DNA of 63,903 nucleotides, filler included, from Conidiobolus incongruus B7586 (GCA_000697335.1; 10 parts of 10 records of this genome joined end to end with filler, not necessarily neighbours in it), one strand, 5' to 3'; positions 27,699 to 41,738 are shown, counted from the whole stretch's first letter. Notes: generated by a model from the sequence alone, not told the origin. Numbers and translations: made by a program.

Positions 27699-29596
27699 AT
27701 GATTCCATCACTATTATATAATTCAAAAATTATTACTAGGTTCTTAAACCCCGATGCATTAGATTATATCTACAAGTGTTGCGGACTATGTAAGCTATGA
27801 GCTCTACTCTGGCTGCAAAGTTTCCAAGAGCTGGAAGCATATTTCTACTGTGCCACTTTTCGCTACATATTTTAGGGCTTTTATTAACCCATTATCTTTG
27901 GATGTAGATTATGAGCAATTCTTTACAAAGGATATGGACAAGATAGGTATGATGAAGGTATATATAAGCCGTCATTATATTTATTTCAATCATATTTAAT
28001 ATCTGAATTATACTCTTTAGCTTTTACAGAATGATGGTATCTATTAGTAGAGGACCTTGAATGCTTGAAACACATCATGGAGAATACTGGTAAGATATTC
28101 AATATCATTATTCAACCCAAACTATGTTAGTTTAATTACCTCACTTCTCAAAATTATCTTTCACATTTGATAGTCAACCTTTGATGAAATCATATGTTGA
28201 AATATATCATATAATTTCTAAGTGGAGAAATTATTAATATATAATTATAAGGTTTTGGTTTAATTTTTTATAAGATTGGAAAGGCATTGGAAAAGAGATC
28301 AATGAAATTTCGAATCGTAGCTAGGATTTCAATCTCTTTGACGAGTGCTTTATAGAAGAAATTGAGGATGGAACCAGTTGGATGGCAAAAATATCAAGTC
28401 CTGATAACAAATTAGAATGAGTTTATATGTACTGGGTAAATCTTTCTTTGATCTTGATTTTCAGGTAATATTTATGCACTATTAATTATGGATTGATTAT
28501 TAAAACTATTATAGATTGTCAATAATTTAAAATGGAAAACTTATAAACTATTTCATGGATTTAACGCTAGGATATACAGTAATCTCTTATACTTAGTTTT
28601 TGATTCCTTGAAAAAACTCCATTTTGAAGGACCCCAAACTTATGAAAAGGCTGGTCATTATAATCAGCTGGTTGATAATAGCATAGAAGAGAGAGGAGAA
28701 TTGAAATTCTTAATAGTACTGCTAATCGATCTAACATCTTTACACAGCTCATACAGTTCGCTACTTTACTAAATCAAATCACCTTATTTCGTCGAATATC
28801 CAATATGAGAAAAAGATTTTATATGAAAGTTAAATTCAATTACTTTTTTATTCATATTGTTTATTAGGATAGTTTGAAGATATTACTCTAACTGATCATT
28901 ACGCTGCCGCCAATACCCTTTCAAACACTATTTATTATCTATTATGATATCCAATAATTTTCTACTTGATATTATATATATTCAGTAAAATTTATTATTG
29001 AATATTAGGATACTCAATCTAAATTATGATCAGAAATCTTATTAGGCAATCCTGAGGAGATAATCATCCTGATCATCGACGAATTGAAAAAAATGGACTA
29101 TTTGAACATGATTATTAAATAATCTATGCGAATCATGGCAAGTGCTGGCATTTTGAAGAGAGAAGTCGATAAAGGCTTTACATTCACAAATAGCATCCAC
29201 TGCCCAGCAGGAACTTGAGTATCCCTCCATTTGCGGGCTTTGTTTCACAATCCTAAATACTACCCAAAGCGTAGTAAATTTGGTCCTGAGGGGTTTATGG
29301 ATCCTAATTGTGAACCTAATAAGGTTTGGATGTCATTTTTAATTGGTGCCAGAACTTGCGTCATGATTTCCTTGAATATAAGGATATATTCTAATTTATT
29401 TATAGGTATTGGTATGACTTTTAGTTTAATGGAACAAAGAGTGATATTAGCCATGCTAATACAAACTTATATCTTTGAAATGGCAAAAGACAATCCTGAT
29501 TTCAAAAATTGAGATTGGTAACCTTTGGTTTCCTGAGAGCTCATGACTTTCATGTTAATCTACTGAACAATAATGTAAATTACCACCTGAATTAGT
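27699..29596 (+). pseudogene. Cytochrome P450 pseudogene (multi-exon)
   Basis: Degenerate I-helix (AANTLSNTIYYL), K-helix YLNMIIK*SMR (ExxR Glu changed to stop), FGPEGF (PERF), heme loop FLIGARTC-intron-IGMTFSLMEQRVILAML; several stops and frameshifts. Confidence 0.85.
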
Positions 29597-30129
29597 AAAT
29601 AATACAATATGCAATATATTTTGTGATTTTAATTAAATAATATGTTTATATAAAATCAATAACAATTTATTCATTTATAATATATTCAAAATATTTCGAT
29701 ACAACTTGTGGATATAAAAAGTTATATTATGTAATAAGTCTATTGTTTTCTTATGGACTATTTTACAAAGAGTATTACCTATATTTCTACTTGATTATTT
29801 TGTAATAACTAATTTTTTTGATTTGATTTTTATAATGATATTTAATTTTATATATCGAAGATATGATAGTATCAAATGATGTTAACTCACTAGTATTATT
29901 TAATTATAATTAATACAAAAAATGAGTTGGATTATAATTATTATATTTATTACCATATCTAAAAAATGTGATTGAATTCAAAAATTTCTCAATATTAATA
30001 TCTTTTGTAGAATAGTATAATTTTCAATTCTGGATTATAAACCTTTGATTCTTGTAATCTTATAAAATATAACTAATCCCAACCACTGAATCAGTTTAGC
30101 AGTATATAAAGCAAAGGAATCTTTCTTTG

Positions 30130-31692
30130 TTTGTAATATTAATTAAATAATCATTTATTTGATAAGTTTCTCCCTTTTATATATAGAAATTGATAATGGT
30201 TTAAAGATAGAAAAAAAATAAGATAAAATAGATAAAAATTAGATAAAATAAGAAGATATAACTAGCAGTGTCATGATGATAATAATATAATTAATCTATG
30301 ATATAATAGGATATGATATAAGTGTAGTGGTAGTTAAAATTATAAAATATAGAGAAAGACTTAATATAAAAATAATATGGCATAGAATATAGCAAGGTAA
30401 TATAAGATATAATGTATAAATATAAACAAAGTTAAATTAAGCTTCAAACTAGGATAAGTCATTGATATATTAAGATTTATATTAGGTAATGCTAATATAC
30501 TATAATATTAAAAGAATATAGTCTTAATTTTAAAAGTAATATAAAAAATAAAAAATAAAAAATAATAAAAATTAAAAAAAAACTTAGTTTATTAAATAAT
30601 TTAAGACTATTTATATAATTAATTTAGTTATAAAAGTATAAATTAATTATATAATTTATAGTTAATTAAATTATATAAAAATATATATAAGGATTTAAAA
30701 AATAAATTTCTTAATACTCTCTTAATAAGTTTTGTAAAGAAGATATATTCTCTAGATTTTTGTAAATAGATATAATAAATTAAAATATTTTTAATATTTT
30801 CTAAGGGTTTTTATATAATTTCTTCATTAAAATAACTTATTTATTTTATATAAAAATAAAGCTTCTATCTTAATAAATTTAAATTTAAATATATAATTAA
30901 TATAATACTCTTTTTTTTATTTTAATTAATAATTAGATTTAGTTTTAAAATTTTTAATTAATTAAGAAATATTTTAAAATCTTTAAAATAAAGCTTGATT
31001 TTAAATATGAAAGTTAAAGTTAATTCTTAAAGTTAAAGATAGTTTTAAGATAATATTTTTAAAATTTAAATTAATAAATTAACTTTTATACAAATTATAA
31101 TATAATAATAAGTATTTCAAATTTAATTTAAATATAAATAAAATAAGTTTAAGAGTAGATTATTTTAAATAAACAAATATATTANNNNNNNNNNNNNNNN
31201 NNNNNNNNNNNNNNNNNNNNNNNNNNNNTTAATTAATTAANNNNNNNNNNNNNNNNNNNNNNNNNNNNNNNNNNNNNNNNNNNNCTGCTACCATGTAAGC
31301 ATAGTGGTAGTTAAACTAATATGGTACAGAGGAAGACTTAATATAAAAGTAGTGTGGTGCAGAACATGGTAATATAATGTGGCTATAGTGTGCAAGTGTA
31401 AACAAAGTTTAATTAAGCTTCAAACTAGGATGAGTCACCAATATATTAAGATTTATATTAGGTAGTGCCAATATCCTACAATATTGACAGAATATAGTCT
31501 CAATCTTAGAAATAGTGTGAAAGTAAAAAATAGTAAGAATTGAGAGGAAAAAGAGGAACCTAGTTTATTAGATAATTTAATACTATTTATACAATTAATT
31601 TAACTATATAAGTATAAATTAATCATATAATTTATAGTTAATTGGATTATATGAAAGTGTATATAAGAATTTAGAGAACTAGTCTCTTAACA
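30130..31692 (-). mobile_element. Ty3/Gypsy chromovirus relic: 3' LTR (~30130-30716), chromodomain/integrase tail, gap, and LTR 31285-31692
   Basis: Reverse complement of the 32500-33190 region; LTR start TGTTAAGAGACT at 31692; LTR distal end approximate; spans a gap. Confidence 0.7.
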
Positions 31693-33190
31693 AAATCCAA
31701 CTTAATTTTATAGAAATTTTTAAATCAACAAATAGTTATAATAACTTATTAATTATAATTGATTTATTTTCCAAATATGTTTATTTTATTCTTTATTTTA
31801 AAACTTCTATAACTAAAGATATTGCACAATTATTATTCTCTAATATTTTTACCTACTATAAAATTTTATAAACTATTATATCTGATAAAAATATATAATT
31901 CAACTTTTAATTTTAGAAGTTACTATCTTTTTCTTTTAAAATTAACCTAGCTATATTTACTATTAATTATTACTAAACCAATAAACTCACTAAAAAAACT
32001 ATTAAAACCTTAAAGCAAATGATTAAAACTTATATTAACACTAATTAATTAAATTAGGATATTTATATCTATTAACTTTAATATTCATTTAATACCTTTA
32101 TTAATAAATCAACAGGTTTTAGCTTTTATTTCATTAATTATAATAAATATCCTAACTTAATAATTACTCTAAAACTTTAAATCAACTTACTTTTAAACAT
32201 TGTTGAATTTTAATCTAATATCAAATATATTAATTCCCTTGTAAAATTTAACTTAGAAGAAAATTAAAGGATCATAAAACAACAATACTTAAAGTTATTT
32301 AGAAACCCTTTTAAATATAAAACTAGTATATTTGTATACTTAGAATAATTTACCTTTAAATTTACCCTACTTAAATCTAGCTTAAATCCCAAATACTTAC
32401 TATTATATTATAATCCCTATAAAATTTAATCTATTGATTTAAATTTTGAAAATATTACCTTAGAATTACCTTTAACTTTGAGGATTAACTTTACCTTTCA
32501 CATATCTAAAATTAAACTATACTTTAAAGATTTTAACACTTTTCCTAATTAATTAAAAACACTAAAACTAAATCTAATTATTAATTAAGATAGAGAAGAA
32601 GAATACTATGTTAATTACATAATTAAATTTAAATTTATTAGGAATAAACTTTATTTTTATATAAAATAGATGGGTTATCCTATTAAAAAAGCTATATAAG
32701 AACCTCTAGAAAATATTAAGAATACTTTAGCCTATTATACCTATTTACAAAAAATTAAAGAGTGTGTCTCCTTTAAGAAATTTACTAAGGGAGTGTTAAG
32801 AGACTAATTCTATAAATTTTTATATATACTTTCATATAATCCAATTAACTATAAATTATATAATTAATTTATACTTATATAATTAAATTAATTGTATAAA
32901 TAGCATTAAATTATTTAATAAACTAGGTTCTTTTTTTTCTTCTCAATTCTTACTATTTTTTACTTTTACATTATTTCTAAAATTGAAACTATATTCTATT
33001 AATATTATAGGATATTGGCACTACCTAATATAAATCTTAATATATCAGTGACTCATCCTAGTTTAAAGCTTAATTAAACTTTGTTTACACTTGCACACTA
33101 CAGCCACATTATATTACCATATTCTACACACACTACTTTTATATTAAGTCTTCCTCTACACTATATTAGTTTAACTACCACTATACTTAC
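31693..33190 (+). mobile_element. Ty3/Gypsy chromovirus relic: integrase C-terminus, chromodomain, PPT and 3' LTR (from 32794)
   Basis: EEEYYVNYI...LYFYIK*MGYPIKKAI*EPLENI is a chromodomain (KWxGY...TWEP) with TGG changed to TAG/TAA; purine tract AAGGGAG then TGTTAAGAGACT. Confidence 0.8.
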
Positions 33191-34085
33191 AAAAATAGAT
33201 ATATTAAATCTTTTTCCTTATTATAAAAATTGTTTATTTTATTTAAATAAAAAACTAATAATAGTTAAAGATTATATATTAATAATTATATTTTAAACTT
33301 TAAAATTATTAAGGATATAACTTTATTATTAAATTTATCTAATATTAAAGATAAATTACTTAAATTAATTATTTTCATTAATTTAAATATTAAAAATAAT
33401 TATTATAATATTATAATTAAAGGAAATTTTATTTTTTTAATTATTTTTAATATTTTTTTAAAACTATAGTATATTCAAAAAAATGCTCTATATAAACAAA
33501 TAGCTTTAAAAATAAGTAGATTGGTTTATTTTTTGATTTCTTATTTTTTTTAACTCCCTTGTTATTTAGAGTAATATATGGCATATATATAATAAATTCC
33601 AATGTATTATAGATATAAGATATTGTAAAACTAAGGTTAATTTGTAATTAAATTCAAATTTGATAATTAATAATATGTTTGATTGATTCTTAATTCAAAT
33701 CATCAAATCAATTCCTTATAAAAACATTATAAATTAATTATTATAAATTTTAAATTATGTAATACCTTTATAACTTTTATTTAATTTATCAATTCCCTTT
33801 TTTATCTTGTTTTTAATAACTTTATTATTATTTATATTAATAATATCTTAATTTATTTAAAAATTAAAAAAAATATATTAAATAAATTAATTATATTTTA
33901 TAAATCATTTAAAGATATAAACTATCTTTAAAATTATTAAAATATATTTTTAATGTTATTTCTTTTTTTTACAATTATATTATTNNNNNNNNNNNNNNNN
34001 NNNNNNNNNNNNNNNNNNNNNNNNNNNNTTAATTAATTAANNNNNNNNNNNNNNNNNNNNNNNNNNNNNNNNNNNNNNNNNNNNC

Positions 34086-36176
34086 AGCTCATCTAGTTCA
34101 TCTGCTGGTCCATCAAGCAGCTCATCTAGCTCTTCTGAAGGTCCATCAAGCAGTTCATCTAGCTCATCTGCTGGTCCATCAAGCAGCTCATCTAGCTCTT
34201 CTGAAGGTCCATCAAGCAGCTCTTCAAGCTCATCTGAAATCCCTTCAAGCAGCTCATCTAGCTCATCCGAAATTCCTTCAAGCAGCTCATCTAGTTCATC
34301 TGAAATTCCTTCAAGTAGCTCATCTAGCTCATCTAGCTCATCTGAAGGTCCATCAAGCAGCTCATCTAGCTCTTCTGAAGGTCCATCAAGCAGTTCATCT
34401 AGTTCATCTGCTGGTCCATCAAGCAGCTCATCTAGCTCTTCTGAAGGTCCATCAAGCAGTTCATCTAGCTCATCTGCTGGTCCATCAAGCAGCTCATCTA
34501 GCTCTTCAGCCGGTCCATCTAGTAGCTCTTCTAGCTCATCTGAAGGTCCATCAAGCAGCTCTTCAAGCTCTTATGAAATTCCTTCAAGTAGCTCATCTAG
34601 CTCTTCTGAAGGTCCATCAAGCAGTTCATCTAGCTCATCTGCTGGTCCATCAAGCAGCTCATCTAGCTCTTCTGAAGGTCCATCAAGCAGCTCTTCAAGC
34701 TCATCTGAAATCCCTTCAAGCAGCTCATCTAGCTCATCCGAAATTCCTTCAAGCAGCTCATCTAGTTCATCTGAAATTCCTTCAAGTAGCTCATCTAGCT
34801 CATCTAGCTCATCTGAAGGTCCATCAAGTAGCTCATCTAGTTCATCTGCTGGTCCATCAAGCAGTTCATCTAGTTCATCTGCTGGTCCATCAAGCAGCTC
34901 ATCTAGCTCTTCTGAAGGTCGATCAAGCAGTTCATCTAGCTCATCTGCTGGTCCATCAAGCAGTTCATCAAGCTCTTCAGCCGGTCCATCTAGTAGCTCT
35001 TCTAGCTCATCTGAAGGTCCATCAAGCAGCTCTTCAAGCTCTTATGAAATTCCTTCAAGTAGCTCATCTAGCTCATCTGTAGGCCCATCGAGCAGCTCAT
35101 CTAGTTCATCTGCTGGTCCATCAAGCAGCTCATCTAGCTCTTCTGAAGGTCCATCAAGCAGCTCATCTAGCTCATCTGCTGGTCCATCAAGCAGCTCATC
35201 TAGCTCATCTGCTGGTCCATCAAGCAGCTCATCTAGCTCATCTGAAGGTCCATCAAGCAGCTCATCTAGCTCATCCGAAATTCCTTCAAGCAGTTCATCT
35301 AGCTCTTCTGAAGGTCCATCGAGCAGCTCTTCAAGCTCATCTGAAATTCCTTCAAGCACTTCATCCAGCTCTTCAGCCGGTCCATCCAGCAGCTCATCTA
35401 GCTCATCTGTAGGCCCATCAAGCAGTTCATCAAGCTCTTCTGAAGGTCCATCAAGCAGCTCTTCAAGCTCATCTGAAATTCCTTCAAGTAGCTCATCTAG
35501 TTCATCTGTAGGCCCATCAAGCAGCTCATCCAGCTCATCTGAAATCCCATCAAGTAGCTCTCCTAGTTCATCTGAAGGTCCATCAAGCAGCTCATCTAGC
35601 TCATCTGAAATTCCTTCAAGTACTTCATCCAGCTCTTCAGCCGGTCCATCAAGCAGCTCATCTAGCTCATCTAGCTCTTCAGCCGGTCCATCAAGTAGCT
35701 CATCCAGCTCTTCTGCCGGCCCATCAAGCAGCTCATCTAGCTCTTCTGAAGGCCCATCAAGCAGCTCATCAAGCTCTTATGAAATTCCTTCAAGCAGCTC
35801 ATCCAGCTCATCTGAAGGCCCATCAACCAGCTCTTCAAGCTCATCTGAAATTCCTTCAAGCAGTTCATCTAGGTCTTCTGCCGGTCCATCTAGTAGCTCT
35901 TCAAGCTCTTATGAAATTCCTTCAAGCAGCTCATCTAGTTCCTCTGAAATTCCTTCAACCAGTTCATCTAGCTCATCTGTAGGCCCATCAAGCAGCTCAT
36001 CTAGCTCATCCGAAATTCCTTCAAGTACTTCATCCAGCTCTTCTGCCGGTCCATCCAGTAGCTCTTCTAGTTCATCTGCTGGTCCATCAAGCAGCTCATC
36101 TAGCTCATCTGAAGGTCCATCGAGCAGCTCTTCAAGCTCATCTGAAATTCCTTCAAGTAGCTCATCTAGTTCATCT
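34086..36176 (+). CDS. Partial Ser-rich tandem-repeat (mucin/cell-wall-like) protein; both ends in gaps
   Basis: Frame starting 34086 appears stop-free for ~697 codons: 33-nt unit S8-(A/E/V)GP or S8-EIP; variation mainly synonymous; absent from the ORF track because no start codon is visible. Confidence 0.75.
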
Positions 36177-36375
36177 NNNNNNNNNNNNNNNNNNNNNNNN
36201 NNNNNNNNNNNNNNNNNNNNTTAATTAATTAANNNNNNNNNNNNNNNNNNNNNNNNNNNNNNNNNNNNNNNNNNNNTTTAACTTTTTTAAGTTTATAAAG
36301 TATAAAATCAATTAATTTTTTATATTAAAAAAGGTTAATTTTGTTTTATATTTCTGAAATATATTTTTAAAATTA

Positions 36376-37625
36376 TTAGTATAGAAATTAAAAAATGGCT
36401 AATTTTTTAATTTCTGATCTTTCAAACATATTATATATTTTGAAAAATTTTATATAAATAAAATATATAGGAAAATAAATATTTTCAAACTATATATATA
36501 TTTAATTTTAGCTATTTTTTTAAAATATTTTAATTTTGAAATTTATATTTAAATTTAATTATACTTAAATTAGATTATGATTATCAAAAAGCTTTTATTT
36601 TTATATTTTTAAAACTTAACTATAAATCTTTTAAAATCATTTAAAACTTGTAAACAGCTTATAAAGATAGTGTTTTATCTAAAACTACCATATATCACTA
36701 GATTTGTGATTTTAAAGCTAGAAAAGATATTATTTAAAATTTATCAAAATCTAAAAGATTAATTTCTACTATTATTTTCTTATTTATTAATAAAGTAAAA
36801 AAATATATTAAGAAATACCTTTTTATTTTTACTAGAGAACTATTAAAATAATTTAATATTAATTATATAAGCATGTTATATTTACTTAAGTTTAAGCTTA
36901 GATTAATTAATAAAAGTATAAAATAGATACTTTATAATTTAACAAAAGCTTAAAAAAAACTAGAGTAGTTATAGCTAAATTAAACTTATTAAGGTATAAC
37001 TAAAAATAAAGGTTTTTACAATAAATACTTATAATTAATAAATTTTAAACTCCTTTATATAATCCTTTACCTAAAAATAAAATAAGATGCTAGATTAAGT
37101 TAAATTAATCCTTTTTACAAATTCTAATAAATAAGTATTTTAAATATAAATAAATGTTAATTATTATAATAAATTATAATGGTATATAGTTTTTTTATTT
37201 AATACCTCAAGAAAAATCAATTAATTTTAAGTTATATATTATCTTTTTAAATAAAACAATTTTTAAAAGGTGTTTTTAATATAAATTAAAGATAATTATT
37301 ATTTTGCATGATAATTATAAAATATATAAAACTAAAGCTATAAAAGATTTTTTAAATAAAAAAATTAGAGGGAGTTACTATATCTAGTATATTCACCTGA
37401 ATATAACCTATATAATTATAATTGTTTTAGATAATTAAAAAAATAACTTGCAGGAAAAAAAATTCTTGCAAATAAATTAAATTAGTTTATAAAATATCAA
37501 ATTTCAGTCTTTAACAAAAAGAACTATTTTTTAAATATTAGAAGCTTACTAAAAATATAGAAAAAAGTTATTAATAATAAAAGAGGTTATTAATTTTATA
37601 TTATTAGTTAAATTTTATATTATAT
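36376..37625 (+). mobile_element. Second mariner-like copy, inserted at TA into a Tc1 fragment, right end lost in gap
   Basis: Same left TIR and colinear with 3704-5025; retains IILHDN and YSPEYN. Confidence 0.85.
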
Positions 37626-37725
37626 NNNNNNNNNNNNNNNNNNNNNNNNNNNNNNNNNNNNNNNNNNNNTTAATTAATTAANNNNNNNNNNNNNNNNNNN
37701 NNNNNNNNNNNNNNNNNNNNNNNNN

Positions 37726-38545
37726 TTTAAAAAAAATTAATTAATAATAAACTTTTATATTATTTATTTAGATAAAATTATTTTAAATTAACTTTTAATA
37801 TAATTTAACAAAAACTTATTATTTTATATAATAATTATAAAATACATAAAATTAAAGTTATAAAAAACTTTCTAATTAAAAATAACTAGAAAAAACTATT
37901 ATATCTAATATATTATTTAAATTATAACTTATATGATTATAATTATTTTAAATTATTAAAAAATTAACTTAAAAGAAAATTTATATAGGAAAATTTAATT
38001 AATTTATAAACTATTAAATTTTAGTTTTTAATAAAAAAAATTGTTTTTTAAGTGTTAAAACTTAATTAATGATATAATGGAAAGTTATTTGAAATAAAAA
38101 AAATTATTAAATTTATATTATATATTTATTTTTATATTTTATATATTAAAATGTTTATTTTTTTTAATCACAAAAAATCTTTATTATATATTTTTATTAA
38201 TTAATTTAAATTTAAATTTTATTATATATAAAATACTTGTGAGGTTTATATTAATATATCTTAATAATTTTTTAACTAAAATAAAAAAGTATTTGTTAAT
38301 ATATTTTTTAACTTTATTAACAATTAAAAAAAATAATAGCTGATTTTAGTTTTGTAAATTTTAATAAGTTTTAAATAATTTCCCTTTTAATTTTAAAATA
38401 ATTTACTTAGTAATAAATAGTTAATTTTAATAATATTTTATTATTAAAAGTAGTTTATAAATTTTAAATAATTTTAAAAGATTTAGAATTAAGTTTTACA
38501 AATACTAAAATAAAAAATTTTTGATGATCATTATTTGATTTAATT
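37726..38545. mobile_element. Mariner fragments of the 380-1519 subfamily (3' part on +, 37726-38190; 5' part inverted, ~38330-38545)
   Basis: Colinear similarity to 1040-1500 and to the reverse complement of 390-620. Confidence 0.6.
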
Positions 38546-38860
38546 ATAATTAAATTAAATAACCAATTTTAAAAAGTTAATTTTTAATCAAAAAAGTTAT
38601 TATATATATATATTTTAAAACTATATAATTCCTTATTTATTTAGTATATATTTGTTTATTCAAAACTAATAATATGTTTGAAAAATTAAAAATTAAAAAT
38701 TTCCTATTTCTTCAAATTCAAGGAAATATTCAAGCTTTATTTATAATTTCATTCTCTCAAACTATTCCACAATCTATTAAAAAATTCCTATGATTTTATT
38801 TAGTATAAAATTCATTATCTTGGATTTTGGTAGACTTGAGAAAAAGTGAGAAGGGAAACA

Positions 38861-39900
38861 ATGATGAAAGTGCTTGTCATAATTTGCATGATTCTTAACA
38901 TTGCAGCGCAAGAGCGCTGCAAATTTTGTTCATCACGTGCTCCTTTTTCCGTTTGCTGTGGTATCCCTAATGTTGATAACTTCCATTTAGAACCAAACCT
39001 TTGTTATTGCAGATGCAAAGGAGGTGGGAGTGTTGGGCTGGAACTTTGCAGATAGTATACATCTAATGAGCACGTGGAAATAGCTCATGGTGATAGAGCC
39101 GTGCTATATCAACCATCATGTGCGCATGATTGATGGATCACCAGATAATTGCTAATGCGCCATGGCCGGTAAGGTGTGTGTCCGGCTGTGCTTGATTACA
39201 CACCTGCCCTACATGTGGCCGACGTAGGGCATAGATTAGGCAAGAGCTGTGAATCGATGATATTGGGGTGACGTTCACCGCCCCAATCTGAGTGAAGGGG
39301 CCTGGCGATATGGTCTTTCTGCAGGGGTCATATCGTTAACGTAAATAGCTGAGCCCTCATGAAGGGGCATCAGACGATTGGACGCCAGTTTACTGGTGCC
39401 TGGGACAACGGGTTGTGCCGTCCGAAAGCCGATGAGTTGGGTGCACTTTACTGTCATTGTCAACACTATGAAGCTACGTGCGGGCATTGAGACGGTGATG
39501 GTCTTCTGGTTTGGTGGATTTATTCACCTACTTGTGGAGGTGGCAATACTATGGGGCTACGTGCAAACATTGAGTCACGTTCACATGACATGTTGATGAA
39601 ATACTACGAGGCTACGTGCAGGCGTTGATTGTCAACTTGGGTGTCAACCAGATGTGTGTAATTCTCATGCTTAACCACATTGATGGTATAGACGATCTGA
39701 GGCAGAGGCGACAGATTGCAACTCAGGGGTAACTGCATTGGCGAGACTAATTTTTAGTTGCCGTCCGTGGACAGACTTTCCAATCGTGGACAATCGGGGT
39801 TCCATCTTTGCTGTGATCCATCCAGGGAGAATCTGGGTGGCTAGGACCTGGCCTGAATAGCAACCTATTATGCAGAATTACAACAATTTTGGTGGAACTT
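38861..39900 (+). pseudogene. Cys-rich secreted-type protein: short intact ORF 38861-39055 followed by stop/frameshift-disrupted coding-like sequence
   Basis: MMKVLVIICMILNIAAQ signal-like start, Cys-rich (CKFC, CC, CYCRC); downstream broken frames contain YCHC, YSPTCGG, DCQLGCQPDVC; GC far above flanks. Confidence 0.4.
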
Positions 39901-40483
39901 GTTATTTCAATGTTTAGTATGAATACACCAATTTAAAATATTAAATCATTAAGGTGAGTTTATAATTCCAACAACACGGTTTATCATATTTCTATTCAAT
40001 ATGATGCCCATCACTTTTACCATGTTAGACTGCTGAAACTTTACGTTTCTGGTGACACTTTTTCTCTTATACTGATTTATTACTATAATTACTAATCAAG
40101 TTGTTTGTTACATTGTATTAACCAGTTTGTCTTAGGTTGTATAATATTGAACCTTTTTTCAATATTTTTTTAAAGTTACAAACATTATAATAAAATAAAA
40201 TACTTAATTTTAGTCACCTATTTCTTAATTTTCCTTATACTTTTTTCTAGAATATTGATTTGACATCTCATTAACTCTTGTTTTTTTCTATTTTTGTCAA
40301 ATTCTTGAATTTTATCTATAATTAATTTGAAAATATTGATTAAACTATATTAACAAATTCAAATTATACGGCTACTATTAAGTCGTCAATGACTTAAATA
40401 TTGAATTTTATATTTAAATAATTTATGTTCTTTAAAAAGACATTTTATTTTTAATAATAACAATTGACAATCATGTCACCATA

Positions 40484-41738
40484 TTAATATAATTTGTAGC
40501 AAATATGTAAGAAACCATCTGGAAACACAAAATTTTTTAAACAATACTCTAAACTTATATCTAGTGGTAATTGAATGCCATTAATGGTTATTATAACATA
40601 ATTGGATTTGGGGGAAGTTTTAAGTAAACTGGGGTCTAATTGATACAATGCGTCCCGAATAGTCGTAGGTCTACTGATAGTATCCATTGATGGGGATGGA
40701 GGCGTTTTATCACAGCTAACCAATGGTGGATCAGTAGTGAATGGTGGTATGATATCTTGTATAACTGTAGGAAACCCTATTGGATTGTTGATTAAATAAT
40801 AATATAGTTTGAGAGGAATATGCTTCATATTAGATGTATTAGCATTGATTAATTGAGAATGAATAGAGTAATATTTATCAAAATTACCTATATAAAATTA
40901 ATATTAAAAATCATACAATAAATAAAAAAAATATTAAAAATTACTCTCTACAACTCCCAACCAAAGTTGATCCTGGTCTTCTTTAGATAAGTTCATAACT
41001 TTTTTTGTACTTCCATTTCTAATAAAATCAGCCTACAAAATATTAAAGTTTAAACTTGAATGTAATTAAAATATTTTGGCGAATTAATAATTACCTCTTT
41101 AACAGTCATCATAAAAAATTCAGAATTAAAACTATTCTCACCAGGTAATAAACTCGAAAAAAATTGGCTGGGTTTATATAACTTCTCAGTGGGATAGTTG
41201 CCATACCTTAGTTTTATATTCCAAATCGTTTTTAAATGATAATCGGATAAGTCGTAGTCAAAGTTAATATTTAAATCGGTATCGGGTTCATATATTTTAG
41301 AATCTTGAGTTTTAGGCTGATAAGTATTATATAAATCGTAAAGTAAACCGATAGGATATTGCCTTTAAAATTGATAAATATTAAAGCTCAAATAAATAAA
41401 TATAATTTAGTGAATGTTTACCATTTTAATGGTGTGTCATTAACCTCCAACCAAAACAAATCCCAATTTAAACTATTGTTAGATAAAAATTCCTCACATA
41501 ACAATTTGATACAACCTTTAAGACATAAATGAAAGTAAGAACACCTTGGTACAGAACTTATATAAGCCAAATGAGCCCGTTTAGGCGACCAAGGGAAATT
41601 AGAAAAATCTCTATCGTCTAAACTAATTCTAATAAGTATACGACGGTTCCATAATTCTTTTAAATATTGTTGAGCTTCTAAGTTTATTTCTTTATTTTCA
41701 GTTTCATTAGTAAATGAATGGTCTGCAGGTAATGACAT
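40484..41738 (-). CDS. ATG5: Autophagy protein Atg5 (exons 41738-41422, 41362-41095, 41032-40945, 40887-40484)
   Basis: VPRCSYF, PLKWQYPIGLLYDL, KEADFIRNGSTKKVMNLSKEDQDQLW (conjugation Lys), HIPLKLY, GIQLPLD, PDGFLHI; GT-AG introns restore frame. Confidence 0.95.

Noticed and set aside
34573..35982. ORF-track proteins rich in HL/QAA or ELLDGP
   Set aside because: Shifted or antisense frames of the Ser-rich repeat; only the Ser frame stays open throughout.
39465..39630. Three spaced repeats as a CRISPR-like array
   Set aside because: Degenerate, unequal spacing, eukaryotic context, no cas genes.
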